Positions 1 through 7,319 of a DNA stretch of 35,931 bases are shown one piece after another (the stretch's first letter is position 1; every line of letters begins with the position of its first letter). Below the pieces are notes generated by a model, which was given only the letters and a program-made list of their open reading frames with translations, searched no databases and had not been told where the DNA came from. The stretch spans positions 1-35,931 of the forward strand of contig JANWXG010000003.1 in assembly GCA_025057335.1 (NCBI GenBank). The letters run 5' to 3'. The stretch comes from a bacterium. GTDB taxonomy: Bacteria; Armatimonadota; HRBIN16. A program made the translations under genes and the position numbers.

Positions 1-318
1 GAAGTCGCTCAGACCCGCATCATCATCAACGGCATCAACTACCATGCCATCAGCGGCTGTGACCTCGACGTGCTGAACGACAACGGGCAGCTGCCCTGTA
101 ACTTCACCGTCTTCACTTACTTCAACACGGGTGGGCAGCCGCCGTGGGCAGTGAACATGAACCCACCCAACCGCAGCACGCTGGCGCCTTTCGCGGGCAA
201 CATGAACGTGGTCTTCGCCGATGGGCACGCGAAGGCGGTACCCTGGGGCACGGGCTGCCCGCATGAGTACACAGTGGAGGCAGACCGCTCTCTGGAGCCA
301 GCGCGCTGCCGCCAGTAA
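1..318 (+). CDS. C-terminal fragment of a prepilin/pseudopilin-like protein (H-X9-DG / DUF1559-like C-terminus); 5' end lies outside the window
   Basis: The reading frame is open from base 1. The C-terminal motif NVVFADGHAKAV matches the conserved ...F.DGH.. tail of type II secretion / type IV pilin-like H-X9-DG proteins, although here the upstream His of that motif is a Phe. Confidence 0.5.
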   Translation, partial: EVAQTRIIINGINYHAISGCDLDVLNDNGQLPCNFTVFTYFNTGGQPPWAVNMNPPNRSTLAPFAGNMNVVFADGHAKAVPWGTGCPHEYTVEADRSLEPARCRQ

Positions 319-333
319 AAAGGGGGACAGACA

Positions 334-513
334 ATGGCTCGACGTCAAATCCCGACGCCCGTGGCTATCGGCATCATCCTGGTGGTGCTGCTGATTGCGG
401 TAGCCGTGCTGTGGCGTCAAACCTCCCCTCCGACGGAGAGCCGCCTGGAGCGCTGGGCGCCCTACCCGCAGATCCCTAGCGCCCAGCAGCAGGGCGTTCC
501 CTCCGGTCGCTAA
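334..513 (+). CDS. Small (59 aa) single-pass membrane protein, below the ORF-track size cutoff
   Basis: ATG at 334 follows a GGGGGA Shine-Dalgarno. Translation is MARRQIPTPVAIGIILVVLLIAVAVLWRQ..., with one hydrophobic helix after a basic N-terminus. A perfect hairpin follows immediately. Confidence 0.4.
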   Translation: MARRQIPTPVAIGIILVVLLIAVAVLWRQTSPPTESRLERWAPYPQIPSAQQQGVPSGR

Positions 514-525
514 GCAGAGAAAAGG

Positions 526-554
526 GACGGCTGGTGAACTGTTCACCAGCCGTC
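526..554 (+). terminator. Stem-loop terminator candidate
   Basis: GACGGCTGGTGAAC-T-GTTCACCAGCCGTC has perfect 14-nt complementary arms directly after the stop of the small ORF. The downstream tract (TCCTCTTC) is only weakly U-rich. Confidence 0.5.
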
Positions 555-640
555 TCCTCTTCGCCGACCCTCCATACGCACCTCCTCTTTTCCAATAATC
601 GATACAGACCACTGCTACCGCTTTTGGGGGGAGCTAGCCC

Positions 641-841
641 ATGAACGCCGACGAGATGAACGTGCGCCCGGTAGTGCACAGCCAGGTGGTGCGTCCGGTG
701 TCGCGCGAATCGTCTTCAGGGGGCTCTACAGCGCAGCAGACACGCACGCCCCCTCCTGCACCTGCCGAGGAGCCAGAGACGACGGAAGAACCGATTGTCA
801 CTTCAGAAGAGCCACAGCACCTAATCGACTTGCGAGCGTAG
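641..841 (+). CDS. Hypothetical Pro/Glu/Ser-rich small protein (66 aa), probably disordered
   Basis: ATG follows GGGGGGAG with a 7-nt spacer. No family recognised. The next ORF begins 8 nt downstream. Confidence 0.4.
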   Translation: MNADEMNVRPVVHSQVVRPVSRESSSGGSTAQQTRTPPPAPAEEPETTEEPIVTSEEPQHLIDLRA

Positions 842-849
842 AGAAGGCG

Positions 850-1392
850 ATGAGCATTATCGGTTACCTCACCGCCACGGAGGTGGAACCTTCACTGTTT
901 CTTGGCGCGGCGATGAGCACCGACCGGTTCGGGCTACCCGCAGAGTTTCGCTACACCGAACCTGTGCGCGCCACGCGCCTGCAGCGCATCCTCTACGGAA
1001 GCGCTCTGCATCGCTACCTGTGTCGCGAGGTAATTGCTCCTACGCTGCTCCAAGCGATGGAGACCAATCCGCAGGTGTGGATTGTGCAAGAGGAGCTGCT
1101 GTTGGAGCCGCTCGAAGCGATGCGTGCTCCCGTCGTGATGTTGCTCCCTTCCGAGGCGGCGCCCATGGACGACCTAGGCGCTACCCTGCCCGTCGGGGAG
1201 GACGAAATGCTGGTGCAGCTGTCGCTAGCAGGCGCGCCGTTGCGCGTGCGGTTCGGGGATACCGACCCGGAACGACGCCAGCACGCTATACAGGTTCTGA
1301 CTGAGGCTGCACATACGATGGACCTGTTAGAACCGCTCCACCGTCTCCAGCAGGCTCTGCGTGTCGTGCAGGAGGAGCAGGAAGCGGCATGA
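850..1392 (+). CDS. Hypothetical protein (180 aa), no recognisable domain
   Basis: Balanced, protein-like composition (MSIIGYLTATEVEPSLFLGAAMSTDRFGLPAEFRYTEP...) with an acidic C-terminus. Close spacing to the 641 ORF suggests co-translation. I cannot assign a family from the sequence. Confidence 0.55.
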   Translation: MSIIGYLTATEVEPSLFLGAAMSTDRFGLPAEFRYTEPVRATRLQRILYGSALHRYLCREVIAPTLLQAMETNPQVWIVQEELLLEPLEAMRAPVVMLLPSEAAPMDDLGATLPVGEDEMLVQLSLAGAPLRVRFGDTDPERRQHAIQVLTEAAHTMDLLEPLHRLQQALRVVQEEQEAA

Positions 1393-2200
1393 CCCTACGG
1401 ACATGGAAACGAACCTGGCTACGTGTGATGCAATGGGGGTTGCGCACACGAGCTCCACGCCTCTGCGCGGGCGACCTGGCGTTCTGTCCTCCTCGCTGCC
1501 GACGACGGGCGATACGATGTGCGCCGCCGCAGGTCCGTCAGCCCGTTTCCCTCTCCACTCGCTGCCTGAGCGCCCGCGTCCGGGTATCGCCGCAAGTGAG
1601 GCAGGTGGGAACACTTGCCTCGGTGCATGTGCATTCGGTTTGCGCTCCTTCTCTTTCCCCTGCCCTACAGGTTCTCCCCTTGGCGATAGGGACAAGGGCA
1701 TCTGCGTATCCCCTGCGGTGTGCAACCTTCTCGACGACTCATCGCGTATTATTATGCAGACAACGCCCCGCAATAGGCGTGCGCGTGCGCGCTCTTGTCG
1801 GACCTCCCGCTGTGCGGAGCGCCCCGCTGTTCTGGCGGTGTAGCGCGAAACGGTGGGAGGCGGCTCAGTTCTCCTGCACGCAAGCACTCTCGGCACTGGT
1901 GTGGCGCCTGCCTCTCACCCGGCAGGCGATACCATATAGGCAGTTGAGTGCGCCCTATCGTCAGGGATGTGGGGAGGCGCTACAGCGTGTAGCACAAGGA
2001 TATGTGCAGGCACAGCACGTATACTACCCTGTGCCTGCACAGGCGGTGGTTCGCATTGAGATAGATGAAACGAGGGGAAAGCTGTATGCCTATCCCCGCG
2101 CGACGCCACATCGTGCCACTGCCTCCGCCTGCGTTTGGATAGTGGTGGGCAAGCGGTTGGCAGATGGTCGTGCGGTGCGCGCAATCTGGAGGGGCGAATA

Positions 2201-2695
2201 GTGGAGCTCTTCTTCCTGCTGGCGCAAGCGATGTTGCTCGCCCTGGCAGGGCTGATGGTGCTGCGGGTGCGTCAAGACCTGCAGCTGCTGGCGCGTGAGG
2301 CTCAGGCGCGTTACGCCGAGCTGCAACCGTTGCAAGAGCAGCTGCAGCGCACGCTGCGCGAGGTGCGGGTGACTCTCGACGAGGGCGTGGCTCAGCTGGA
2401 GGAACGCCTCTCGCGAGCAGAGCAGGTGCTGCGCGCGTTGGAAGTGCACGGGAGCACAGCGCCTTCGCCACCTGCTCCAGAGAGCGATTCGAAACCGGAG
2501 CGGGAACCAGCGCGTCTGCCTGTAGAACGCATCCTGTCGTTGGCGGAGAGCGGATGTAACGTAACCGAGATCGCTCGCGCCACCGGTGTGGCAGAAGGCG
2601 AGGTCGCGCTCGTGCTGCAGCTGCGTGCTTCGCGCGTGCAGGCGTCACCTCAAGAAGACGAGACGACATCTTTGGGTGGGGGAACAAACGTATGA
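2201..2695 (+). CDS. Membrane-anchored coiled-coil protein with a C-terminal HTH-like segment
   Basis: GTG at 2201 lies 6 nt after GGAGGGG, so the track start at 2135 (TTG) is probably too far upstream. There is an N-terminal hydrophobic helix (ELFFLLAQAMLLALAGLMVL), then a Q/L/E-rich heptad region, then ILSLAESGCNVTEIARATGVAEGEVALVLQL, which looks like a helix-turn-helix. The stop overlaps the next start (ATGA). Confidence 0.6.
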   Translation: MELFFLLAQAMLLALAGLMVLRVRQDLQLLAREAQARYAELQPLQEQLQRTLREVRVTLDEGVAQLEERLSRAEQVLRALEVHGSTAPSPPAPESDSKPEREPARLPVERILSLAESGCNVTEIARATGVAEGEVALVLQLRASRVQASPQEDETTSLGGGTNV

Positions 2696-3783
2696 ACAAA
2701 AAGAAAGTGGAAACCTGGCGATGGCTGTTGGGGATGGCTCTCTCGATGGCAGTGCTGCTGGTCTCGGCTGGCTGCGGCGGTAAGAACGTGGGCAGGGTGA
2801 ACGATAAACCCATTAGCCAAGCAGAGTACCACAAGGTACTGGAGCGAATGGCGGTACCCATTGTCGGACAAAACGATGTGCCACTGGTGGACCCTGTGAC
2901 CGGTCGTATCGTGCGGGACCAGGCAGGGTATCTGGCGCTGCGCATGCTAGTGGATCGCCGCATCGTGCTAGAGATGGCGGAAAAGGAAAAGGTCATGCCC
3001 ACAGAGCAGGAGATCGAGCGGGAACTGGAACGCCAGAAGAAGCAGCCCGACTTTAATGAGCGCCTCAAGGCGCTAGGCTATACGCAAGATGACCTCAAAG
3101 AGGACATCAAGGTGGAACTGGCTGCATTCAAGCTGATTACCAAGGGCATCACTGTCACTGAAGAGGAGATTAGGAAGGAGTACAATCGCCGCATTCAGCA
3201 GTTCACCATCCCCGCACAGGTGCAGGTAGCGCTCATTCTGGTGGACAATCGCAAGAAGCTGGATGAAATCCAATCCCAGATCAAGAAGGGAGTGGACTTC
3301 CTCGTGCTGGCGGGTCAATACCGCCCCCCCGACATGCCACCAACCATGAACACGACGAGCGTGTGGCTGCAGGAGAATAATGAGATGTTCCGCCAGCTGC
3401 CCCAGCTATGGCAGACGCTACAGAAGACCCCTGTAGGCAGCGTGACACCGCCGCAGCCCATCCGCTGGCAATCCGCGCCTGGCAAGGTGGTCAACGGCTG
3501 GATTCTCTTCAAGGTGCTAGAGAAGAAAGAGCGTCAAGTGCGCCCTCTAGACGACGAGGTGCGAGAAGACTTGCGTCGGCTGCTAATGCAGATGAAGAGC
3601 AAGCGTGACCTCGGGCGCGAGCTGGTGCAGATGCGTACTCAGGCGAAGGTCACCTTCGAGATACCACGTTACAATCGGCGCTGGGAGCAAGATGTACAGC
3701 AATGGAAACAGATTGCGCAAACGGGCACACCTGCCCCCACGCCAGCGATGCCTACGCCCTCCACAGGAGGGGGCTCGCCCTAG
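2692..3783 (+). CDS. PrsA/SurA-like peptidyl-prolyl isomerase (parvulin-type) lipoprotein
   Basis: Signal peptide with lipobox LVSAGC. Overall layout and a parvulin-like middle region (VALILVDNRKKLDEIQSQIKKGVDFLVLAGQY) resemble PrsA/PpiC-family foldases. Confidence 0.65.
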   Translation: MNKKKVETWRWLLGMALSMAVLLVSAGCGGKNVGRVNDKPISQAEYHKVLERMAVPIVGQNDVPLVDPVTGRIVRDQAGYLALRMLVDRRIVLEMAEKEKVMPTEQEIERELERQKKQPDFNERLKALGYTQDDLKEDIKVELAAFKLITKGITVTEEEIRKEYNRRIQQFTIPAQVQVALILVDNRKKLDEIQSQIKKGVDFLVLAGQYRPPDMPPTMNTTSVWLQENNEMFRQLPQLWQTLQKTPVGSVTPPQPIRWQSAPGKVVNGWILFKVLEKKERQVRPLDDEVREDLRRLLMQMKSKRDLGRELVQMRTQAKVTFEIPRYNRRWEQDVQQWKQIAQTGTPAPTPAMPTPSTGGGSP

Positions 3784-3829
3784 CGAGAGCGTCCCACATG
3801 CGGGGGGCCCTTCCGCAGGATGCCCCCCG

Positions 3830-4852
3830 TCATCCCTCTATCTGACGGAGCTGTTCACGCAGATAGGCAGCGGTCTCTTCGGGAATGGCAGTGGTAATGT
3901 AGATGCCGCTGCCCAGCTCGAACCCTGCTGGCGTCGTCAGGCGTGGTACAATCTCGATATGCCAGTGATAGTAGTCCATGCAGCTGTCGCGCAAGGGGGC
4001 GGTGTGTAAGACGGCATTGTAGTCTGGATTGTTCGCCGCGCGATACAGTAGCAGCAACGTGCGGCGCAACACCTCTGCCAGCGCGGCAACCTGTTCCTCC
4101 CGTGCTTCCGTCACAAAGGAGGCGCTGTGCTGGCGCGGTAGAATCATCAGCTCGAAGGGGAAGCGTGATGCGAACGGTGCGAACACCACGTACTGGTCAG
4201 TAGAAAACACCATCCGCTCTCCACTCTCCATTTCCTCCGCCAGCATGTAGCAGTATACACAGGTAACTCGGTCATCGTAGAACCTCCGCGCCTCCTCGAT
4301 CTCCTCGCGAATGTTCGTGGGCACGATAGGTGTGGCAATCAGCTGGGAGTGGGGATGCACTAGGGAGGTGCCTGCTGCAGCGCCGTGGTTGCGGAACACC
4401 TGCACAAAGGCGATACGGTGGTCCTGTGCCAGTGTGCGCATCCGCTGCAGCACCGCCTGCAACACGTGTCCAATCTGCTCGGTCGGCAAGGTCGCCAGCG
4501 TCTGGTTGTGTCGGGGCGTTTCAATAATCACCTCGTGTGCGCCGTAGCCGCTGATGGTGGTGAAAATCTCCGGGCGCTTCACCTCCCACTTCGCCGAGAG
4601 GGAGAGCGCAGCAAACTTGTTGGGCACTACGCGCACTTTCCATCCCGGACGGTTAGGGTCGCTACCGTCGCGCAGGGCATACACCTCTGGCGGGGTCTGC
4701 GTCTCGTTGCCCTCGCAGAAGGGGCAGTCGTCACGATGCTCAGGTTCTTCCTGCACGACGGCTTGCTTGAGGAACTGGTGCGGTCGCTTCGCGCGTTCTT
4801 TGGACACAATCACCCATCGCTTGGTCGCGATATCTTGGCGCAGTTCCGACAT
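3830..4852 (-). CDS. galT: Galactose-1-phosphate uridylyltransferase (GalT, HIT-superfamily class I)
   Basis: Zinc motif CPFCEGNE and active-site HPHSQLIA (H-x-H-x-Q). I prefer the ATG at 4852, which is 8 nt after AAGGAG, over the track start at 4885, which overlaps the upstream gene. Confidence 0.85.
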   Translation of the reverse strand: MSELRQDIATKRWVIVSKERAKRPHQFLKQAVVQEEPEHRDDCPFCEGNETQTPPEVYALRDGSDPNRPGWKVRVVPNKFAALSLSAKWEVKRPEIFTTISGYGAHEVIIETPRHNQTLATLPTEQIGHVLQAVLQRMRTLAQDHRIAFVQVFRNHGAAAGTSLVHPHSQLIATPIVPTNIREEIEEARRFYDDRVTCVYCYMLAEEMESGERMVFSTDQYVVFAPFASRFPFELMILPRQHSASFVTEAREEQVAALAEVLRRTLLLLYRAANNPDYNAVLHTAPLRDSCMDYYHWHIEIVPRLTTPAGFELGSGIYITTAIPEETAAYLREQLRQIEG

Positions 4853-4857
4853 GGCTT

Positions 4858-5352
4858 TCACTCCTTCTGGCTCCAGCGCTGCCATAGCTCTTCAGGCGAG
4901 AGGGCGTCGGGGTCATGTATCATCCTTTTCAATATTTCCGCTGTGCGCTCCTTGCCGATAGAGACATACTTGCCCGCTGCGCGCACATACACCGTGCCCT
5001 GCTCGTCCACAATCTCCCCTTGCACATACCACACCTTGCCCCGTCTCCCGGTCATCCGCGCCCGCGCGGTCAGCGGAGTGTGGATGGTTACCGGCTTCAG
5101 GAATCGGACACTGATTTCGGCGGAGACGCTAAACTCGCCCGTCTGCAACGTGCCCGCCCAGCCCATGAGCTCGTCCAGAATACTCATCAGCACGCCGCCG
5201 TGCGCTACCCCCGGATAGCCCATCTGCTCCTCGCGCAGTAGAATCGGCACCGACGCCCCTTCTTCCTCCGCGTAGAAGCGGATGTTCAACCCCTTCGGAT
5301 TGGTCTCGCCACAAACAAAGCAGGTATACGAGTGGGGTAGTTTGCGTGACAC
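4858..5352 (-). CDS. PaaI/hotdog-fold acyl-CoA thioesterase
   Basis: CFVCGETNPKGL and GVAHGGVLMSILDELMGWA are typical of PaaI-family thioesterases. The track start (5523) runs into a repeat element. GTG at 5352, downstream of GGTGGAGG, gives a normal-length protein. The start remains uncertain. Confidence 0.7.
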   Translation of the reverse strand: MSRKLPHSYTCFVCGETNPKGLNIRFYAEEEGASVPILLREEQMGYPGVAHGGVLMSILDELMGWAGTLQTGEFSVSAEISVRFLKPVTIHTPLTARARMTGRRGKVWYVQGEIVDEQGTVYVRAAGKYVSIGKERTAEILKRMIHDPDALSPEELWQRWSQKE

Positions 5353-5463
5353 CTCTTCTGAGCCTCCACCCGCCGAAATGACACGCAGGGTTATAGATAC
5401 CTGGCGAGGGAGAAAAAATCCTATGTGTGGCAGCCGAAAAGAGGCTCCTTCCGCTGTCACCTG

Positions 5464-6030
5464 AGGATGCTTCACCTGCGGCTCAGCATGACAGGGGGAC
5501 GGTTCGGCGGGAGCTTCATCCATGAATTTGTCATTCTAAGCGGGGCGAAGAATCTCATGCCCCTTTCGCGGTCGCTCGGCATAACACACACTTCCGTCAC
5601 GCGCCCTTGGCAGGCTGAAAGCTCACAGGGCAGACAGCAGCGCTCGTAGTGCGCACTTCAGCGCGCCGTTGCAGTTGGGCGAAAGCCCTGTCTGCTAGTC
5701 CGTGTCGTGAAATCTTTGTCCCTCATCCCCTTTCCCCTTCTCCCAGAGGGAGAAGGGGCTATTCCCTCTCCTATTGGGAGAGGGGCGGGGGGTGAGGGCA
5801 GGATGACAACTAGGGCGGGCGCCCTGCCCTTAGCCCTCGCTGTCATTCTGAGCGAAGCGAAGAATCTCTGAGATGCTTCACTCTGTTCAGCATGACATCA
5901 GGCGTCATTCTGAGCGAAGTGGAGGTGCTCCGCTAACGCTTAGCATGACATTTGGGCGCTTTGTCATTCTGAGCGAAGCGAAGAATCTCTATCTGGCATT
6001 ATCGAGATGCTTCGCGAGCGCTCAGCAGGA
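5464..6030. repeat. Cluster of family-A palindromic repeat elements (core GTCATTCTGAGCGAAGCGAAGAATCTC with partner GAGATGCTTCRC...GCTCAGCATGAC)
   Basis: Core copies lie at 5530-5556 (diverged), 5842-5868, 5904-5919 (truncated) and 5963-5989. Partner half-sites lie at 5464-5492, 5869-5896, about 5930-5950 and 6004-6030. Core and partner are imperfect reverse complements, so each unit can fold into a long hairpin. Confidence 0.85.
5720..5803. repeat. Family-B G/C-tract double-hairpin repeat element
   Basis: CCCCTTCTCCC-AGAG-GGAGAAGGGG and CCCTCTCC-TATTG-GGAGAGGGG hairpins, flanked by CCTCATCCCC ... GGGGTGAGGG. Related copies occur at 17916-18112 and 18373-18505. Confidence 0.75.
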
Positions 6031-6245
6031 AAGGAGGAGACGGCTTGGCAAGAGCCTCGCCCTCCACGAGAAGCATGCGAAGCACTCCTCCGCCTCAGTA
6101 TCCACCTCCCCCGTTTGTAGTAGCTTACGTCAGTGGGCTTTGCCCCTGTCGCGACAGATCAGCAAAAGTCATTCCCCGAGGAGAAGAAGTTATCCCCCTG
6201 CGAGCAAGGGACAACAGGAGAGCTGACAGATCAGAAGATACACTG

Positions 6246-6872
6246 CTACGGGAACATCCCCTGCAGCGCCTTTCCCAGCTCCTGCGGCTTGACACCTAAC
6301 GCCACAGCAATCGCTGGCCAGCTCTGTCCCATCTCGCGCATCTCGAATACTTGCTCTGGCGACGCCTTCGCCGCTTTGGCGATAGCGTAGCCTAGGATAA
6401 TAGAGCTGAGCGGGTAGCCCTTCTCGCGGTAGCGCAACACGTCGGCACGGGACGCCTGAAAAAAGTCCACGATACGACCGACGACCCATTCCTCTTGACC
6501 ATTGCGCACCACCGACTTCTCCGCTACCGCCAGCAGAGTCTGCGCTACTGCCACTTCCACGTCCACGCCAATGCGCTCTCCAAGCAGCCTGCCTTGGTCG
6601 TTCAGCTCGGGATACCATCCGCCAAACTCCACTTCGCGAATCACGCGCTTCATCAGCTCGGTCAGGGCGGCGACATCCGTGCGCATCTGTCTGCCCGTCT
6701 CGTCCGCCTCACGTACCAGCCGTTCTACCAGCACGTCGCTGGCAGGCGGAGCCGCAGGCGGTTGCGCCGACGGCTGTGACCGTAGCGGTTGAATGCTGCT
6801 GCCCAGCAGGAAACCAACTAGCAATGCCAGGAGGAACCCGCCCGCTGTTCGCAGGTACACACGTACGCTCAC
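6246..6872 (-). CDS. Hypothetical secreted or membrane-anchored protein (208 aa)
   Basis: GTG start 5 nt after GGGAGGGAG. N-terminal hydrophobic helix (GGFLLALLVGFLLG), a Pro/Ala-rich linker, then a globular C-terminal part. No family recognised. Confidence 0.6.
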   Translation of the reverse strand: MSVRVYLRTAGGFLLALLVGFLLGSSIQPLRSQPSAQPPAAPPASDVLVERLVREADETGRQMRTDVAALTELMKRVIREVEFGGWYPELNDQGRLLGERIGVDVEVAVAQTLLAVAEKSVVRNGQEEWVVGRIVDFFQASRADVLRYREKGYPLSSIILGYAIAKAAKASPEQVFEMREMGQSWPAIAVALGVKPQELGKALQGMFP

Positions 6873-7319
6873 GGCATCTCCCTCCCTGTCAGGAATTCCT
6901 TATCGATAGACTGGCGAGCCCGCTGAAAGTTTCGGCGCAGACAGGCGAGGGGGAGAGTGTCTGAAGCAATCTGCACGTCACCCCACTGTGTGCAGGAAGC
7001 GGTGCCAGTCGCAGATGGGTAGAGAGGTTTCGCTCAAGGTGGTAGGTAGACCGAAGAGCAAGGCTCTTGCCGAGTTGTATGGCGCACTCAAGTGCGCATT
7101 GCGAGCATTAACTGGTAGTGCAGGCTTCAGACTGCCAGAGCTAGCGGGCAACGGTGAGCAGCTCCCTAGGACGTTTACCCTCCGGATGACTACGCCCGAA
7201 AGCGAGCTCCCATCGGAATGACAAAAGGGGGGAGAAGGTCCTCCCCTAGCAGCCCTCCATACTGCTGCCTCACGCTGCCGATAATTGCTGGTAGGAACCC
7301 TCTGCGGGAGGAACCACTG

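Noticed and set aside
1327-2201. Long ORFs in the gap: 1389..2201 (+, 270 aa), 1361..1843 (+, 160 aa), 1327..1896 (-, 189 aa)
   Set aside because: Arg/Cys/Pro/Ser-rich, low-complexity translations with no Shine-Dalgarno. They overlap each other in different frames. This is typical of random open frames in GC-rich DNA, so the region is treated as non-coding (see finding).
1980-3068. 362-aa ORF on the minus strand
   Set aside because: It is antisense to two well-supported plus-strand genes (2201..2695 and the PrsA-like 2692..3783). The translation is Arg/Ala/Pro/Ser-rich with no recognisable domain.
4385-5218. 277-aa plus-strand ORF and other 60-135-aa ORFs across 3900-5300
   Set aside because: They are shadows opposite galT and the PaaI thioesterase, both of which carry clear catalytic motifs on the minus strand.
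5353-5523. N-terminal 57-aa extension of the thioesterase ORF (track start 5523)
   Set aside because: The extension translates a family-A repeat half-site (5464-5492) and low-complexity sequence. An internal GTG with a GGAGG upstream gives a normal PaaI-length protein.
5464-6030. Possibility that the repeat clusters (also 14842-14968 and 17916-18112) are CRISPR arrays
   Set aside because: Repeat spacing is irregular. Units are internally palindromic pairs or directly abutting tandem copies without unique spacers of uniform length. No cas genes are present in the window.
5425-6390. ORFs 5425..5649, 5658..5846, 5873..6226, 6045..6299 and 6133..6390
   Set aside because: They are translations of the repeat elements (for example FVILSEAKNL and PLPIGEGIAPSPSGRRGKG). 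There are no RBSs and they overlap one another.
6873-7319. RNase P RNA or c-di-GMP riboswitch in the cheB upstream region (GGTGCCAG, GAGCAAGGC and GGTAGGTAG strings)
   Set aside because: Only short coincidental matches are present. The hallmark GAGGAAAGTCC and ACAGAACCCGGCTTA (RNase P) and ACGCAAAGC (GEMM-I) motifs are absent on both strands.
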